Origin: an uncultured Anaerococcus sp.
GTDB taxonomy: Bacteria; Bacillota; Clostridia; Tissierellales; Peptoniphilaceae
Length of the DNA: 64,000 nucleotides
NCBI RefSeq assembly: GCF_937934665.1
Contig: NZ_CALGYW010000064.1
Coordinates: 25,256-89,255, forward strand
Direction: 5' to 3'
The translations under genes and the position numbers were made by a program. Of this stretch, positions 34,257 through 43,636 are shown in pieces (the first letter of the stretch is position 1; every line of letters starts with the position of its first letter). The notes under the pieces were generated by a model that was given only the letters and a program-made list of their open reading frames with translations, was not told where the DNA came from and did no database searches.

Positions 34257-34906
34257 CATACATTATTGCAATTGATGGGCCAAGTGGATCTGGCAAATCA
34301 ACCATATCACAAATATTAGCAGACAAATTAAAGATCGAATACCTAAATACTGGTCTAATGTACAGGGCTGTTACTAAATACTTTTTAGAGAAGGCTTGCA
34401 ATGAAGAAAGCTCAGATCAAGTTCTAAAAAAATTACTAGAGGAAATCACTATTGACTTTAAGGATAACAGGTTATTTTTAAACAAAATTGATGTCACTGA
34501 TGAACTAAGAAATGATGACGTAACAGCAAATGTATCTTGGGTTTCAGCAAGGACATTTGTTAGAGAAAAAATGGTTGATTTACAAAGAAAAATTGCTGAG
34601 GATACATCTTTTATCCTAGACGGTAGAGATATAGGAAGTGTAGTTTTTCCAGATGCTAAGTATAAATTTTACCTAACAGCTTCAGCTCTTACTAGGGCCA
34701 AAAGGCGTTTTGACCAAGGTGAATCAGATATGAATATAGAAGACATTGAAAAGGCTATAATTAAAAGAGATAATTATGACTCTAATAGAAAGGTTGCCCC
34801 TCTAAAGGTAGCAGATGGAGCGATAGTTATAGATAGTTCAGACCTTTCTATAGATCAAACAGTAGAAAAAATTCTTTCCTATATGGAGCATACAGATGTT
34901 TTATAG
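34253..34906 (+). CDS. cmk: Cytidylate kinase
   Basis: IDGPSGSGKST, DGRDIGSVVFPDA. Confidence 0.95.
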   Translation: MTYIIAIDGPSGSGKSTISQILADKLKIEYLNTGLMYRAVTKYFLEKACNEESSDQVLKKLLEEITIDFKDNRLFLNKIDVTDELRNDDVTANVSWVSARTFVREKMVDLQRKIAEDTSFILDGRDIGSVVFPDAKYKFYLTASALTRAKRRFDQGESDMNIEDIEKAIIKRDNYDSNRKVAPLKVADGAIVIDSSDLSIDQTVEKILSYMEHTDVL

Positions 34907-35501
34907 GGTAGTAGCAGCAATTCTTAGAGTTTTATTTTTTCCATTTTTTAGGATTAGGGTTCATGGTAGGGAAAATATCCCAGATAAATCAGATATCATA
35001 GTATGTGCCAACCACTGGTCAAACTTAGATCCTATCTTTCTAGCCATATCCCTACCAATTAAATTCAAATTTATGGCGAAAAAAGAACTTTTTGAAATCT
35101 CTATTTTAAAAAATATCCTAAAAGCTTTGGGAGCCTTCCCTATAAACCGCCAAGGATCTGACCTAAAATCCTTAAGATATGCTATAGGACTAATAAAGGA
35201 CGGTGAGACTTTAGGAATTTTTCCAGAAGGAACTAGGGTTAAGGAAATCTCTAGAGATAATATGCATGAAGGGGTAGGCTTTATTGCCCTTAAGGCAAAG
35301 GCTGATATTCTACCTATAGAGATAAAAACCTCTTATAAGATTTTTTCTAGGGTTGATATTTATGTAAAAAATCCAATAGAAATTGAAAAATATGCAGGTA
35401 TAAAAAATAAGGTAGCTATGAATCAAATTAGTGATGAAATTTTTGAAAAAATTTATGAAAATACAAATATTTTAGAAAGGGAAGCAAATGCAAATAATTG
35501 A
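34896..35501 (+). CDS. plsC: 1-acyl-sn-glycerol-3-phosphate acyltransferase
   Basis: NHWSNLD, AKKELF, FPEGTR. Confidence 0.9.
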   Translation: MFYRVVAAILRVLFFPFFRIRVHGRENIPDKSDIIVCANHWSNLDPIFLAISLPIKFKFMAKKELFEISILKNILKALGAFPINRQGSDLKSLRYAIGLIKDGETLGIFPEGTRVKEISRDNMHEGVGFIALKAKADILPIEIKTSYKIFSRVDIYVKNPIEIEKYAGIKNKVAMNQISDEIFEKIYENTNILEREANANN

Positions 35502-37554
35502 AGCAGAAAATTCAGGTTTTTGTTTTGGAGTCAAAAGAAGTGTAGACCTAGCTGAAAAAGCTTTGGATAGTGGAAAAAAAGTATATAGTTTAGGCCCTCT
35601 AATCCATAACCCACAATTAGTAGATAGTTTAGAAAAGAGAGGCTTAAGTGTTATTGACCATGAACAAGCCCTAAACATCAAAGATAGCCTTATAGTAATA
35701 AGGGCTCACGGAGAGAGAAAAGACTTCAAAGATAAGCTTATTGAAAATGGTAATGAGCTTGTAGATGCAACATGTCCTGTCCTAAATAATATATATAAAA
35801 AAATTGTAGAAAAGGAAAATGAAGGCTATCAGGTCATAATTGTTGGTGATAAAACACATCCAGAAATAATTGCTATGGACTCTTGCATAAATAATGGTAT
35901 AGTTATAACAGATGAGACTGAAGCAAAAAATATTAAGAATTACAATAAGCTGTATGTAGTAAGCCAAACTACTAACAGATTAGAGTTTTTTAGAAATATT
36001 GCTAACAAGTTAGAAGAAAATAATGATAGTGTAGTAATAGAAAACACAATCTGCAATGCAACTAAATTAAGGCAAGACTCTGCAAAAAAACTTGCAAGTC
36101 AAGTGGATTGCATGATTGTAGTTGGTGGTTTTAATAGTTCTAATACAAACAAGCTATATCAAGTAGCTAGTTTGTGTTGTAAAAATGTTTTAAGGATTGA
36201 AACTGTTAAAGATCTACCTTTGCAAAATCTCTCTAAATTTAAAAAATTAGGAATAATCGCAGGAGCGTCTACGCCTGAGTCGATTATCGAGGAGGTAGTA
36301 AGTAGTATGGATGAATTCACAAAAGAAGAATTTATGAACAGTCTGGAGAATAGTTTAAGGAAGATTTACCCAAAAGAGGTAATCACAGGTACAGTAATCA
36401 ACGTAAAAGATGATGAGGTATTTGTTGACATCCAATATCGTGCAGACGGTATTGTTAAACTAGACGAAATGACTGAAGAGGAACAACAAGATCCTAAAAA
36501 CAATTTCGAAGTTGGTAATGATATAGATGTATATGTTATCAAACTTGATGACGGTGAAGGTAATGTTTCCCTTTCTACAAGAAGAGTAGAAGGAATGAAA
36601 GTTTGGAAAGAACTAGCTGAAAAATACGAAAGTGAAGAACTAGTTCATGGTAAAGTTACAGGCTTTAACAAGGGTGGCCTTAACGTAGAAGTAGAAGGTG
36701 TTAATGGTTTCATACCAGCAAGCCAAATTGCAACATACTTCGTTAAAAATTTAAAGAAATTCGTTGGTGAAGAATGGGATCTTAAGATCATCAGCATCGA
36801 TGAAAGAAAAAATAGACTAGTTTTATCTAGAAAAGATGTTTTAGAAGCTGAACTAGATGACCTTTGGGAAGAGCTTGAAGAAGGTCAAGTAATAAAGGGT
36901 AAAGTTGCAAGACTTACTGACTTTGGTGCTTTCGTAGAAGTAAACGGACTTGACGGCTTACTTCACGTATCTGACATTGCATGGACAAGAGTAGAACATC
37001 CTTCAGATGTTTTAAATGTTGGAGATGAAATTGAAGTTAAGATTCTAAAACTTAATAAAGAGAAAAACAGAATATCTCTTGGACGTAAACAACTTCTTGA
37101 AAAACCATTTGAGAAATTTGCCGGTGAACACGCAGTTGGCGATGTTGTAGAAGGTAAGGTAGTAAACCTACTTGACTTTGGTGCTTTTGTTGAAGTAGCA
37201 GATGGTGTTGAAGGTCTAGTACACGTTTCTGAAATTTCATGGGAACACGTAGAAAAACCATCAGACGAACTAACTGTAGGTGATACAATCGAAGTTAAGA
37301 TTATCTCAATCGATAAAGATGAAGAAAAAGTTGGTCTTTCAATCAAAGCACTTAAAGAAGCACCAGAAAGAGCTGAGAGAAAGCCAAGAAGACAAGTTAG
37401 AAATAACGATAGACCAAGAAGAAAAGTTGAAAGAGATAACTCAAGAGCATTCGGAGATGATGCTCTAAATAACAACCTTGGAGATATGCTTGCACAAGCC
37501 CTATCTGAACAAGGAGATGGTTTATTAGATTCTATCGATGAAGACGCAGAATAA
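35488..37554 (+). CDS. ispH: Fused 4-hydroxy-3-methylbut-2-enyl diphosphate reductase / ribosomal protein S1
   Basis: GFCFGV, DATCP, HPE, NTICNAT, SSNT, AGASTP followed in frame by 4 S1 repeats (DFGAFV, GLLHVSDI). Confidence 0.95.
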   Translation: MQIIEAENSGFCFGVKRSVDLAEKALDSGKKVYSLGPLIHNPQLVDSLEKRGLSVIDHEQALNIKDSLIVIRAHGERKDFKDKLIENGNELVDATCPVLNNIYKKIVEKENEGYQVIIVGDKTHPEIIAMDSCINNGIVITDETEAKNIKNYNKLYVVSQTTNRLEFFRNIANKLEENNDSVVIENTICNATKLRQDSAKKLASQVDCMIVVGGFNSSNTNKLYQVASLCCKNVLRIETVKDLPLQNLSKFKKLGIIAGASTPESIIEEVVSSMDEFTKEEFMNSLENSLRKIYPKEVITGTVINVKDDEVFVDIQYRADGIVKLDEMTEEEQQDPKNNFEVGNDIDVYVIKLDDGEGNVSLSTRRVEGMKVWKELAEKYESEELVHGKVTGFNKGGLNVEVEGVNGFIPASQIATYFVKNLKKFVGEEWDLKIISIDERKNRLVLSRKDVLEAELDDLWEELEEGQVIKGKVARLTDFGAFVEVNGLDGLLHVSDIAWTRVEHPSDVLNVGDEIEVKILKLNKEKNRISLGRKQLLEKPFEKFAGEHAVGDVVEGKVVNLLDFGAFVEVADGVEGLVHVSEISWEHVEKPSDELTVGDTIEVKIISIDKDEEKVGLSIKALKEAPERAERKPRRQVRNNDRPRRKVERDNSRAFGDDALNNNLGDMLAQALSEQGDGLLDSIDEDAE

Positions 37555-37564
37555 ACTAATAAAT

Positions 37565-37596
37565 AAAAGGGGATGACTTAGCTCATCTCTTTTTTT
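37565..37596 (+). terminator. Intrinsic terminator after ispH::rpsA
   Basis: AAAGGGGATGA / TCATCTCTTT stem with a T-tract. Confidence 0.75.
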
Positions 37597-37610
37597 ACTT
37601 AAGGAGTAGT

Positions 37611-38966
37611 ATGGTAAATAAAAAATTAGAAAAATACCAAGATTATTTTAAGGGTAAGACTTACAATATAACAACCTTTGGCTGTCAGATGAATGAGCAT
37701 GATTCTGAAAGAATTTCTTATATCTTAGAAGATTTGGGATATACCTATGAGGAAGATAGGAAAAAGGCAGATTTTATCTTATTTAATACCTGCCTAGTTA
37801 GAGAAAATGCAGAACTAAAATTATATGGACAAGTTTCATCCTTAAAGAAGATCAAACAGGATCATCCAGAAAAGATTATCGCTGTATCAGGTTGCATGAT
37901 GCAAACTGAAGTAGCTAGACAAGTTATAATTGATAAACATAGGGAAGTTGATATAATTTTTGGAACTAAGAATATAAACTCCCTAGCAGATTTGATTTTT
38001 AGGTATCTTGAAACTGGAGAGAGAGTTGTAGATATATCTACTGATGATGTCAAGGACGATTTTGTAAAATACAATACGCCTAATCACTTCCAAGCCTATG
38101 TAAATATCATGACAGGTTGTGACAATTTTTGCTCTTACTGTATAGTTCCAGAATCAAGAGGCAGAGAAGAATCTAGAAGACCTTCTTCTATTATAGAGGA
38201 AGTCGAATATTTGGTAAATAATGGTTACAAAGAAATAACCTTATTAGGACAGAATGTAAATTCTTACGGTAATAAGGCTGACTTTAAACATACTTTTCCA
38301 GAACTTTTAGAAAAAGTTGCTCAAATTCCAAACCTTAAAAGACTTAGGTTTACCACAAGTCACCCAAAAGATCTATCTGATGAATTAATCCAGGTTATTA
38401 AGAGAAATGACAATATTTGTAAGTACTTCCACTTACCTTTACAATCCGGATCTGATAAGGTCTTAAAAGACATGAACCGTAAATATACTCAGGAGAAATA
38501 TCTTGAAAGAGCACGCAAACTGAAAGATGAAATTCCAGAAATTGCCATATCTACAGATATAATTGTGGGTTATCCTACAGAAACTGAGGAAGACTTCAAA
38601 GAAACACTAAAGGTTTGTGAAGAGGTAGGTTATGATACAGCTTTTACCTTTAAATACTCACCAAGACCAAAGACAAGGGCTGCAAAATTAACACCTATAG
38701 CTGATGATATAGTACAAGATAGGTTTGATAGACTCCTAGATGTCTTATATCCAATCTTTTATGAAAAAAATAAAACATATATAGGTAAAACTGTAGAAGT
38801 ACTACTAGAATCAGAAAGTAAAAATAATCTTGAAGTCTTAACTGGTAGGACCGATGATTATAAATTAGTCCATGTAAGAGCAGATAAAAGCCTTATTGGA
38901 GAGCTTGTAAGGGTAAAGATAACAGATAATACATCATTTACCATATCTGGTGACCTAGTAGAATAA
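37611..38966 (+). CDS. miaB: tRNA-i6A37 methylthiotransferase
   Basis: TFGCQMNEHDSE, radical SAM CDNFCSYC, TRAM domain. Confidence 0.95.
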   Translation: MVNKKLEKYQDYFKGKTYNITTFGCQMNEHDSERISYILEDLGYTYEEDRKKADFILFNTCLVRENAELKLYGQVSSLKKIKQDHPEKIIAVSGCMMQTEVARQVIIDKHREVDIIFGTKNINSLADLIFRYLETGERVVDISTDDVKDDFVKYNTPNHFQAYVNIMTGCDNFCSYCIVPESRGREESRRPSSIIEEVEYLVNNGYKEITLLGQNVNSYGNKADFKHTFPELLEKVAQIPNLKRLRFTTSHPKDLSDELIQVIKRNDNICKYFHLPLQSGSDKVLKDMNRKYTQEKYLERARKLKDEIPEIAISTDIIVGYPTETEEDFKETLKVCEEVGYDTAFTFKYSPRPKTRAAKLTPIADDIVQDRFDRLLDVLYPIFYEKNKTYIGKTVEVLLESESKNNLEVLTGRTDDYKLVHVRADKSLIGELVRVKITDNTSFTISGDLVE

Positions 38967-38970
38967 TATT

Positions 38971-38993
38971 TCCCAGCATTGCTGGGATTTTTT
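38971..38993 (+). terminator. Intrinsic terminator after miaB
   Basis: TCCCAGC-ATT-GCTGGGA followed by T6. Confidence 0.8.
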
Positions 38994-39111
38994 ATTTAAA
39001 TGAAAAGCTTTGCAAAATTTTAACTTTATATATGATTTATATTAAGTATTTTAAAAACTTTTTTTATAAAAAATTATCGGGTACAATATATTTTGTCAGG
39101 AAGGAGGTATT

Positions 39112-40092
39112 ATGAAAGATGTTTCTGTAAAAACTAAGGCAAAACTTTCTAATATTTTGGATGATGATTTGCTAGATGGCTTGATATGGGAAAATGACCT
39201 AACAGCTAAGGCTACTTATCTTAGAAAAAACTACGACTTTATTAATTCCGATGATGATAAACTCATTATGGAAGATAAGTTAAGTAAGCACTTCTACAAA
39301 GAACTAAGGAGTCTAGAGTATTTTCTAACAGGTCTTGAAAAAAAGTTTTACCAGCTGTATTTTTCTATTTACAAAATATATATGATTCAAGAAATAATTA
39401 CAAGTATTCTAAATGGGTCATTGGCTGAAAACTTAGGCTATTTTAAAAATAGCCCTTATTATAAGGGAATGAGCCTTGATTTAGACACAAGCTTTAGAGA
39501 TTTTATAGAAAGCCTTGATGATTACCATATAAAAAGAGTTCTTGAGCCTTTTTTAAATGAAAACATGGATAAGGATTCAATTATATTTTTATCATCAAAC
39601 GCTCTTATAAAATCTTATTATAGAGAGCTTCTAAAATTAAGCGAAAAGTTTCCGTCTAAAGAAGCAAAACTTATTAAAAATTTCTTGGCAGAAGAGATAA
39701 ATTTACTCAACTTTGAAATGCTTTATAGGCTTAAATCATTTTTTGATGTAAATGATAATGAAATCTTTAATTACTTAATTGAAGGCGGATACCTATATAA
39801 TGGTCAGAGACTAAAAAAGATATCCGAGCTTAGTAAATATGAGCTTATAGAATATTTTAAAGCTAGTAAGTACAAATCTATATTTGAAGATGAAGATTTA
39901 TTTTACAAAAATTTGCAGAATAAGAGGCTTAAGACTTTCAAAGATGAAATAATCAAAGAAAGATCTGAAATGCTCTATATAATTTCTGCTATGAATCTTT
40001 TATATTTAAATAAGAAAAATCTCATAGCTATTTTAGAAATGGATGATAAATACACTTATAGCCAAAAAGAAGAGTTGTTAATAGGAAGGTGA
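39112..40092 (+). CDS. A/V-type ATPase subunit C (d), divergent
   Basis: Size, position at the head of the operon, EEINLLNFEMLYRLKSFF...YLIEGG pattern. Confidence 0.75.
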   Translation: MKDVSVKTKAKLSNILDDDLLDGLIWENDLTAKATYLRKNYDFINSDDDKLIMEDKLSKHFYKELRSLEYFLTGLEKKFYQLYFSIYKIYMIQEIITSILNGSLAENLGYFKNSPYYKGMSLDLDTSFRDFIESLDDYHIKRVLEPFLNENMDKDSIIFLSSNALIKSYYRELLKLSEKFPSKEAKLIKNFLAEEINLLNFEMLYRLKSFFDVNDNEIFNYLIEGGYLYNGQRLKKISELSKYELIEYFKASKYKSIFEDEDLFYKNLQNKRLKTFKDEIIKERSEMLYIISAMNLLYLNKKNLIAILEMDDKYTYSQKEELLIGR

Positions 40093-40094
40093 AT

Positions 40095-40976
40095 ATGGCA
40101 GTAGAGAAAATGCACCTGGTAAATATTACATCTAGGTTGGAAAATCTTAAAGATTTGCTATTAGATGTGGTAGATATAGGTCAAATTGAACCAATTGATG
40201 CTTTCAATCAGGTTGCCAGCAGAGCTTTTTCAGTTAAAGCGAATACAGAAAATATAGAGTTAACTGAAGATATGAACAATATTACAAGCTTTGAGGGCCT
40301 ATCTAAGTCAGATAATGAAAAGATAACTTATCTAAAGAAATTTCTTGAAATTCATGATGATGAGGATTTAAATCAAAATAAAAAAGTTATTTCTATACAA
40401 AGACTTGAAGAATTATATGGTGATCTAGCTCCTTTAATAAAAAGGAGAGAAGAGCTTCTTGAAAAAAAGAAGGAGCTTTTAGATTTTAGAGCTAACTTGG
40501 AAGTACTTGATAAGGCTGATATTGATATAGAAAAAATAAAGGATCTTAAGTATTTTGATTATAGGTACGGTGAAGTATCTAAAGATGGTAGGTTCATCCT
40601 TAAAAATAATTATGAAAATATACCATCTCTTATAATCCACTTAGATAGTGAAGCTAAAAAGTCTGCTGATGCTTTAAATGAAATTTTCGAATTAGATAAG
40701 AAAACAAGTATCAGACGTGATGAAGTAGACAAGATAATCTTAAATGAGAGGGAAGAAAGTCTAAAAGCTGCATCCAGGATTGATTCTAAGTATTCTAATA
40801 AGATTCAAGATGAGATTATTAAGATAAATACAAAATATGACAGTGAAATTGCTGAACAAAGTGAAAAAATTAAAAGTGAATATAATAAACTTAGAGATGG
40901 AATAGATAATGTTTATAACAAGGAAGTAGATTCTCTAGTAGATTATGCTTTTGATATAGTTATAAAGGGGGATTAA
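40095..40976 (+). CDS. A/V-type ATPase subunit I N-terminal fragment fused to a subunit-G-like coiled coil
   Basis: MAVEKMHLVNI and YFDYRYG..LKNNYENI match the subunit I N-terminus; the last ~108 aa are a charged coiled coil. Confidence 0.75.
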   Translation: MAVEKMHLVNITSRLENLKDLLLDVVDIGQIEPIDAFNQVASRAFSVKANTENIELTEDMNNITSFEGLSKSDNEKITYLKKFLEIHDDEDLNQNKKVISIQRLEELYGDLAPLIKRREELLEKKKELLDFRANLEVLDKADIDIEKIKDLKYFDYRYGEVSKDGRFILKNNYENIPSLIIHLDSEAKKSADALNEIFELDKKTSIRRDEVDKIILNEREESLKAASRIDSKYSNKIQDEIIKINTKYDSEIAEQSEKIKSEYNKLRDGIDNVYNKEVDSLVDYAFDIVIKGD

Positions 40977-42338
40977 ATGACAGATAAGATAAAAAAATCA
41001 AAAGAAAATTATTTGTTAGTCTACCCTAAACAGGTTAAAGAAGATATAGGAAGAGTTGTTAATACTATGGGCTTTATTGATAAGGAAATACCTGATGATG
41101 ATTTATCAGCAATCAATAAAGACTTAGGTGATATTGACTTAGAACTTAAAGAGCTAGAAACAAGTATCGAAGATATCAAATCTAAAAATAAAGATGTAGT
41201 AGATAACTTATCTAATTCTTTAGAATATTATGAAAAAAGTGATGAGTTAGTAGCAAAAATGGCTAAGGGTGATAAATACCTTTATCTATCTGGTTGGGTT
41301 CCTGATTCAAAAATTAATGATTTTGAAAATTTATCAAATAAATACGATGACACAACTGTTACAGTTAAGGAGGAATCAAATCAAGAACCTCCTACTAAAC
41401 TTAAAAACAATAAATTATTTAGGCCGTTTGAATTTTTGGTAAACATGTATGGGGCACCAAATTATAACGAAATAGATCCAACCCCATTTTTTGCAATATC
41501 ATACATGCTGTTGTATGGAATGATGTTTGGTGACTTAGGCCAAGGTTTGGTTTTCGTCCTCTTAAGTTTTTTAGTCGACAAGAAAAACAAAACTTTTGGT
41601 GCCCTTATCAGAAGAGTAGGATTTTCAGCATGTTTCTTTGGTTTAATGTACGGCTCAGTATTTGGTATAGAAACCCTCATACCAGCTATCCTAATAAAAC
41701 CATTTGACAATATTATGAAAGTTCTAATTGCTTCAGTGGCCTTTGGTATAGGCTTACTTGTGATATCTTACTGTATGGGTATTTACAATAAACTTGTTAA
41801 ACAAAAAAATATTGAAGAAGGTATATTTGGCAAAGAAGGTATAGCAGGTCTTATGATGATGGCTTCTTTTGTCTTATTAATTTTAAATATTGTAGGTAAA
41901 AATCCTATGCCTAAATCTGTTGGTATAACAATACTTATAGCTTCTATAGTGATGATAATTTTTTCAAAACCTATAGCAGCAAAAATAGAAAAAAGAGATG
42001 AGGTTTTTGAATCTAGTGCTTTTGACTATTATGTAGAAAGTTCATTTTCAATCATAGAAGCCCTACTATCTGTTTTTTCAAACCTTGTATCTTTTACAAG
42101 GGTTGGGGCCTTTGCTATAAACCACGTTGGTTTGTATATGGCCTTTGAAGTTATGAGTAAAATTGCAGGTGGAGGAATTAAAGGATTAATTATTTTAATT
42201 CTTGGTAATATACTTATCATAGGACTTGAAGGCATGATAGTATTTATCCAAGGTTTAAGACTAGAATTTTATGAAATGTTTAGTAAATATTACCAAGGTA
42301 ATGGTCGTAAATTTAGACCGCTTAAAGAAAGTAAATAA
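40977..42338 (+). CDS. A/V-type ATPase subunit I, remainder including the membrane domain
   Basis: LSGWVP, PPTKLKN, YGAPNYNEIDPT, MFGDLGQG, SFTRV (essential Arg), LRLEFYEMF. Confidence 0.93.
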   Translation: MTDKIKKSKENYLLVYPKQVKEDIGRVVNTMGFIDKEIPDDDLSAINKDLGDIDLELKELETSIEDIKSKNKDVVDNLSNSLEYYEKSDELVAKMAKGDKYLYLSGWVPDSKINDFENLSNKYDDTTVTVKEESNQEPPTKLKNNKLFRPFEFLVNMYGAPNYNEIDPTPFFAISYMLLYGMMFGDLGQGLVFVLLSFLVDKKNKTFGALIRRVGFSACFFGLMYGSVFGIETLIPAILIKPFDNIMKVLIASVAFGIGLLVISYCMGIYNKLVKQKNIEEGIFGKEGIAGLMMMASFVLLILNIVGKNPMPKSVGITILIASIVMIIFSKPIAAKIEKRDEVFESSAFDYYVESSFSIIEALLSVFSNLVSFTRVGAFAINHVGLYMAFEVMSKIAGGGIKGLIILILGNILIIGLEGMIVFIQGLRLEFYEMFSKYYQGNGRKFRPLKESK

Positions 42339-42349
42339 AAGGAGAAATA

Positions 42350-42781
42350 ATGATTAAATACACAGCAATGCTAGCATTAGCAGTAGTAATAATAACAATA
42401 TATTCAGGTTTATACTTATTAAAAAATAACGAAGACTCATCAAAAAGCAAGATTAAAAAAGCTTTAAAGATGAACTTATTTACCTTTGTACCAATTATGA
42501 TGATGATAGTAGTACTTATGATTCCATCAGGATCAAAAGCGGCAGAAACAGCAGCAACTGCTGGAGCAGCTTCTGATGGTCTTAGATATATAGGCGCAGC
42601 CCTTTCAACAGGTCTTGCAGCCATAGGTACTGGATACGCAGTAGGTACAGTTGGTTCTGCAGCTCTTGGAGCTATTTCAGAAGATCAATCTATTCTAGGT
42701 AGGACAATCATATTCGTAGGTCTTGCTGAAGGTATAGCTATCTTTGGTGTTATCATTTCAATCATGATTCTAAACGCATAA
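42350..42781 (+). CDS. A/V-type ATPase proteolipid subunit K (c)
   Basis: IGAALSTGLAAIGTGYAVG...FVGLAEGIAIFG hairpin with the catalytic Glu. Confidence 0.92.
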   Translation: MIKYTAMLALAVVIITIYSGLYLLKNNEDSSKSKIKKALKMNLFTFVPIMMMIVVLMIPSGSKAAETAATAGAASDGLRYIGAALSTGLAAIGTGYAVGTVGSAALGAISEDQSILGRTIIFVGLAEGIAIFGVIISIMILNA

Positions 42782-42782
42782 G

Positions 42783-43019
42783 ATGAAAGCGAAAATATTA
42801 ACTAATTCAGATAGTTTATTAACAATGTTTAGGCTCGGTGCAATTGAGGGTGAAATAGTAGGTCCTCATACTTTTGAGAATATCTTTGATAAATCTGTTG
42901 AGGATACTAATCTTGCAATTTTAATTATAACTAAGTCTGTTTATAAGGAAAATAAAAATAAAATTGATAATTTTAGGAAAGAAAATTCTATGCCTTTAAT
43001 TGTAACCATTGATGGTTGA
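42783..43019 (+). CDS. A/V-type ATPase subunit F (short)
   Basis: MFRLGAIEG, LAILIIT, PLIVTI. Confidence 0.8.
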   Translation: MKAKILTNSDSLLTMFRLGAIEGEIVGPHTFENIFDKSVEDTNLAILIITKSVYKENKNKIDNFRKENSMPLIVTIDG

Positions 43020-43030
43020 AAGGATGAAAT

Positions 43031-43636
43031 ATGCTAGATATAGAAGCAAAATTATCAAGCTTTAGAAAAATGGTTTGGGATGAAGAAAAAGAAAAGACAG
43101 ATCAAGAATTATTCCAATCCACAGAAAAAAATTCATATTTTTTAGATAATAAAAACGAAACCCGTAAGGAAGATTTTGAAAAAAGAGTAAAAGATAGTGA
43201 CGTTTTTCTAGAAATAAGAAAAAATGAAGAAATCTCCAAAATAAGCAAGGAAGAAAAAAATATGTTTTTCGCTTATAAGGAGCAATTGCTTGATGATTTT
43301 TATGAGAAATTAATAGATAAATTAAAGAATTATAGGAAGACTTGTGATTATAAGGATAGGCTTCAAAAAGAGATTGAGGGTAAAATCGTAGACCTTAATC
43401 TAAGTGAAGATGATATCATAGTTGCAGTTATTGAAGATGACCTTGATTTAATTAATTTTAAGCATGTAAAAAACATCGGTAAAAATAATATCGGTGGCTT
43501 TATGCTTATAGATATCAATAAAGAGTTTAGGTACAACTTTACCTATAAGCAAAAAATAAGAGAAAAGAAGTATGAATTTGGTAAAAAATTATACCAAGTT
43601 CTTGAAAGTGAGAGTTTTAATGAATCCAATAATTAA
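43031..43636 (+). CDS. A/V-type ATPase subunit E
   Basis: N-terminal coiled coil IEAKLSSF, C-terminal IGGF; position between F and A. Confidence 0.8.
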   Translation: MLDIEAKLSSFRKMVWDEEKEKTDQELFQSTEKNSYFLDNKNETRKEDFEKRVKDSDVFLEIRKNEEISKISKEEKNMFFAYKEQLLDDFYEKLIDKLKNYRKTCDYKDRLQKEIEGKIVDLNLSEDDIIVAVIEDDLDLINFKHVKNIGKNNIGGFMLIDINKEFRYNFTYKQKIREKKYEFGKKLYQVLESESFNESNN

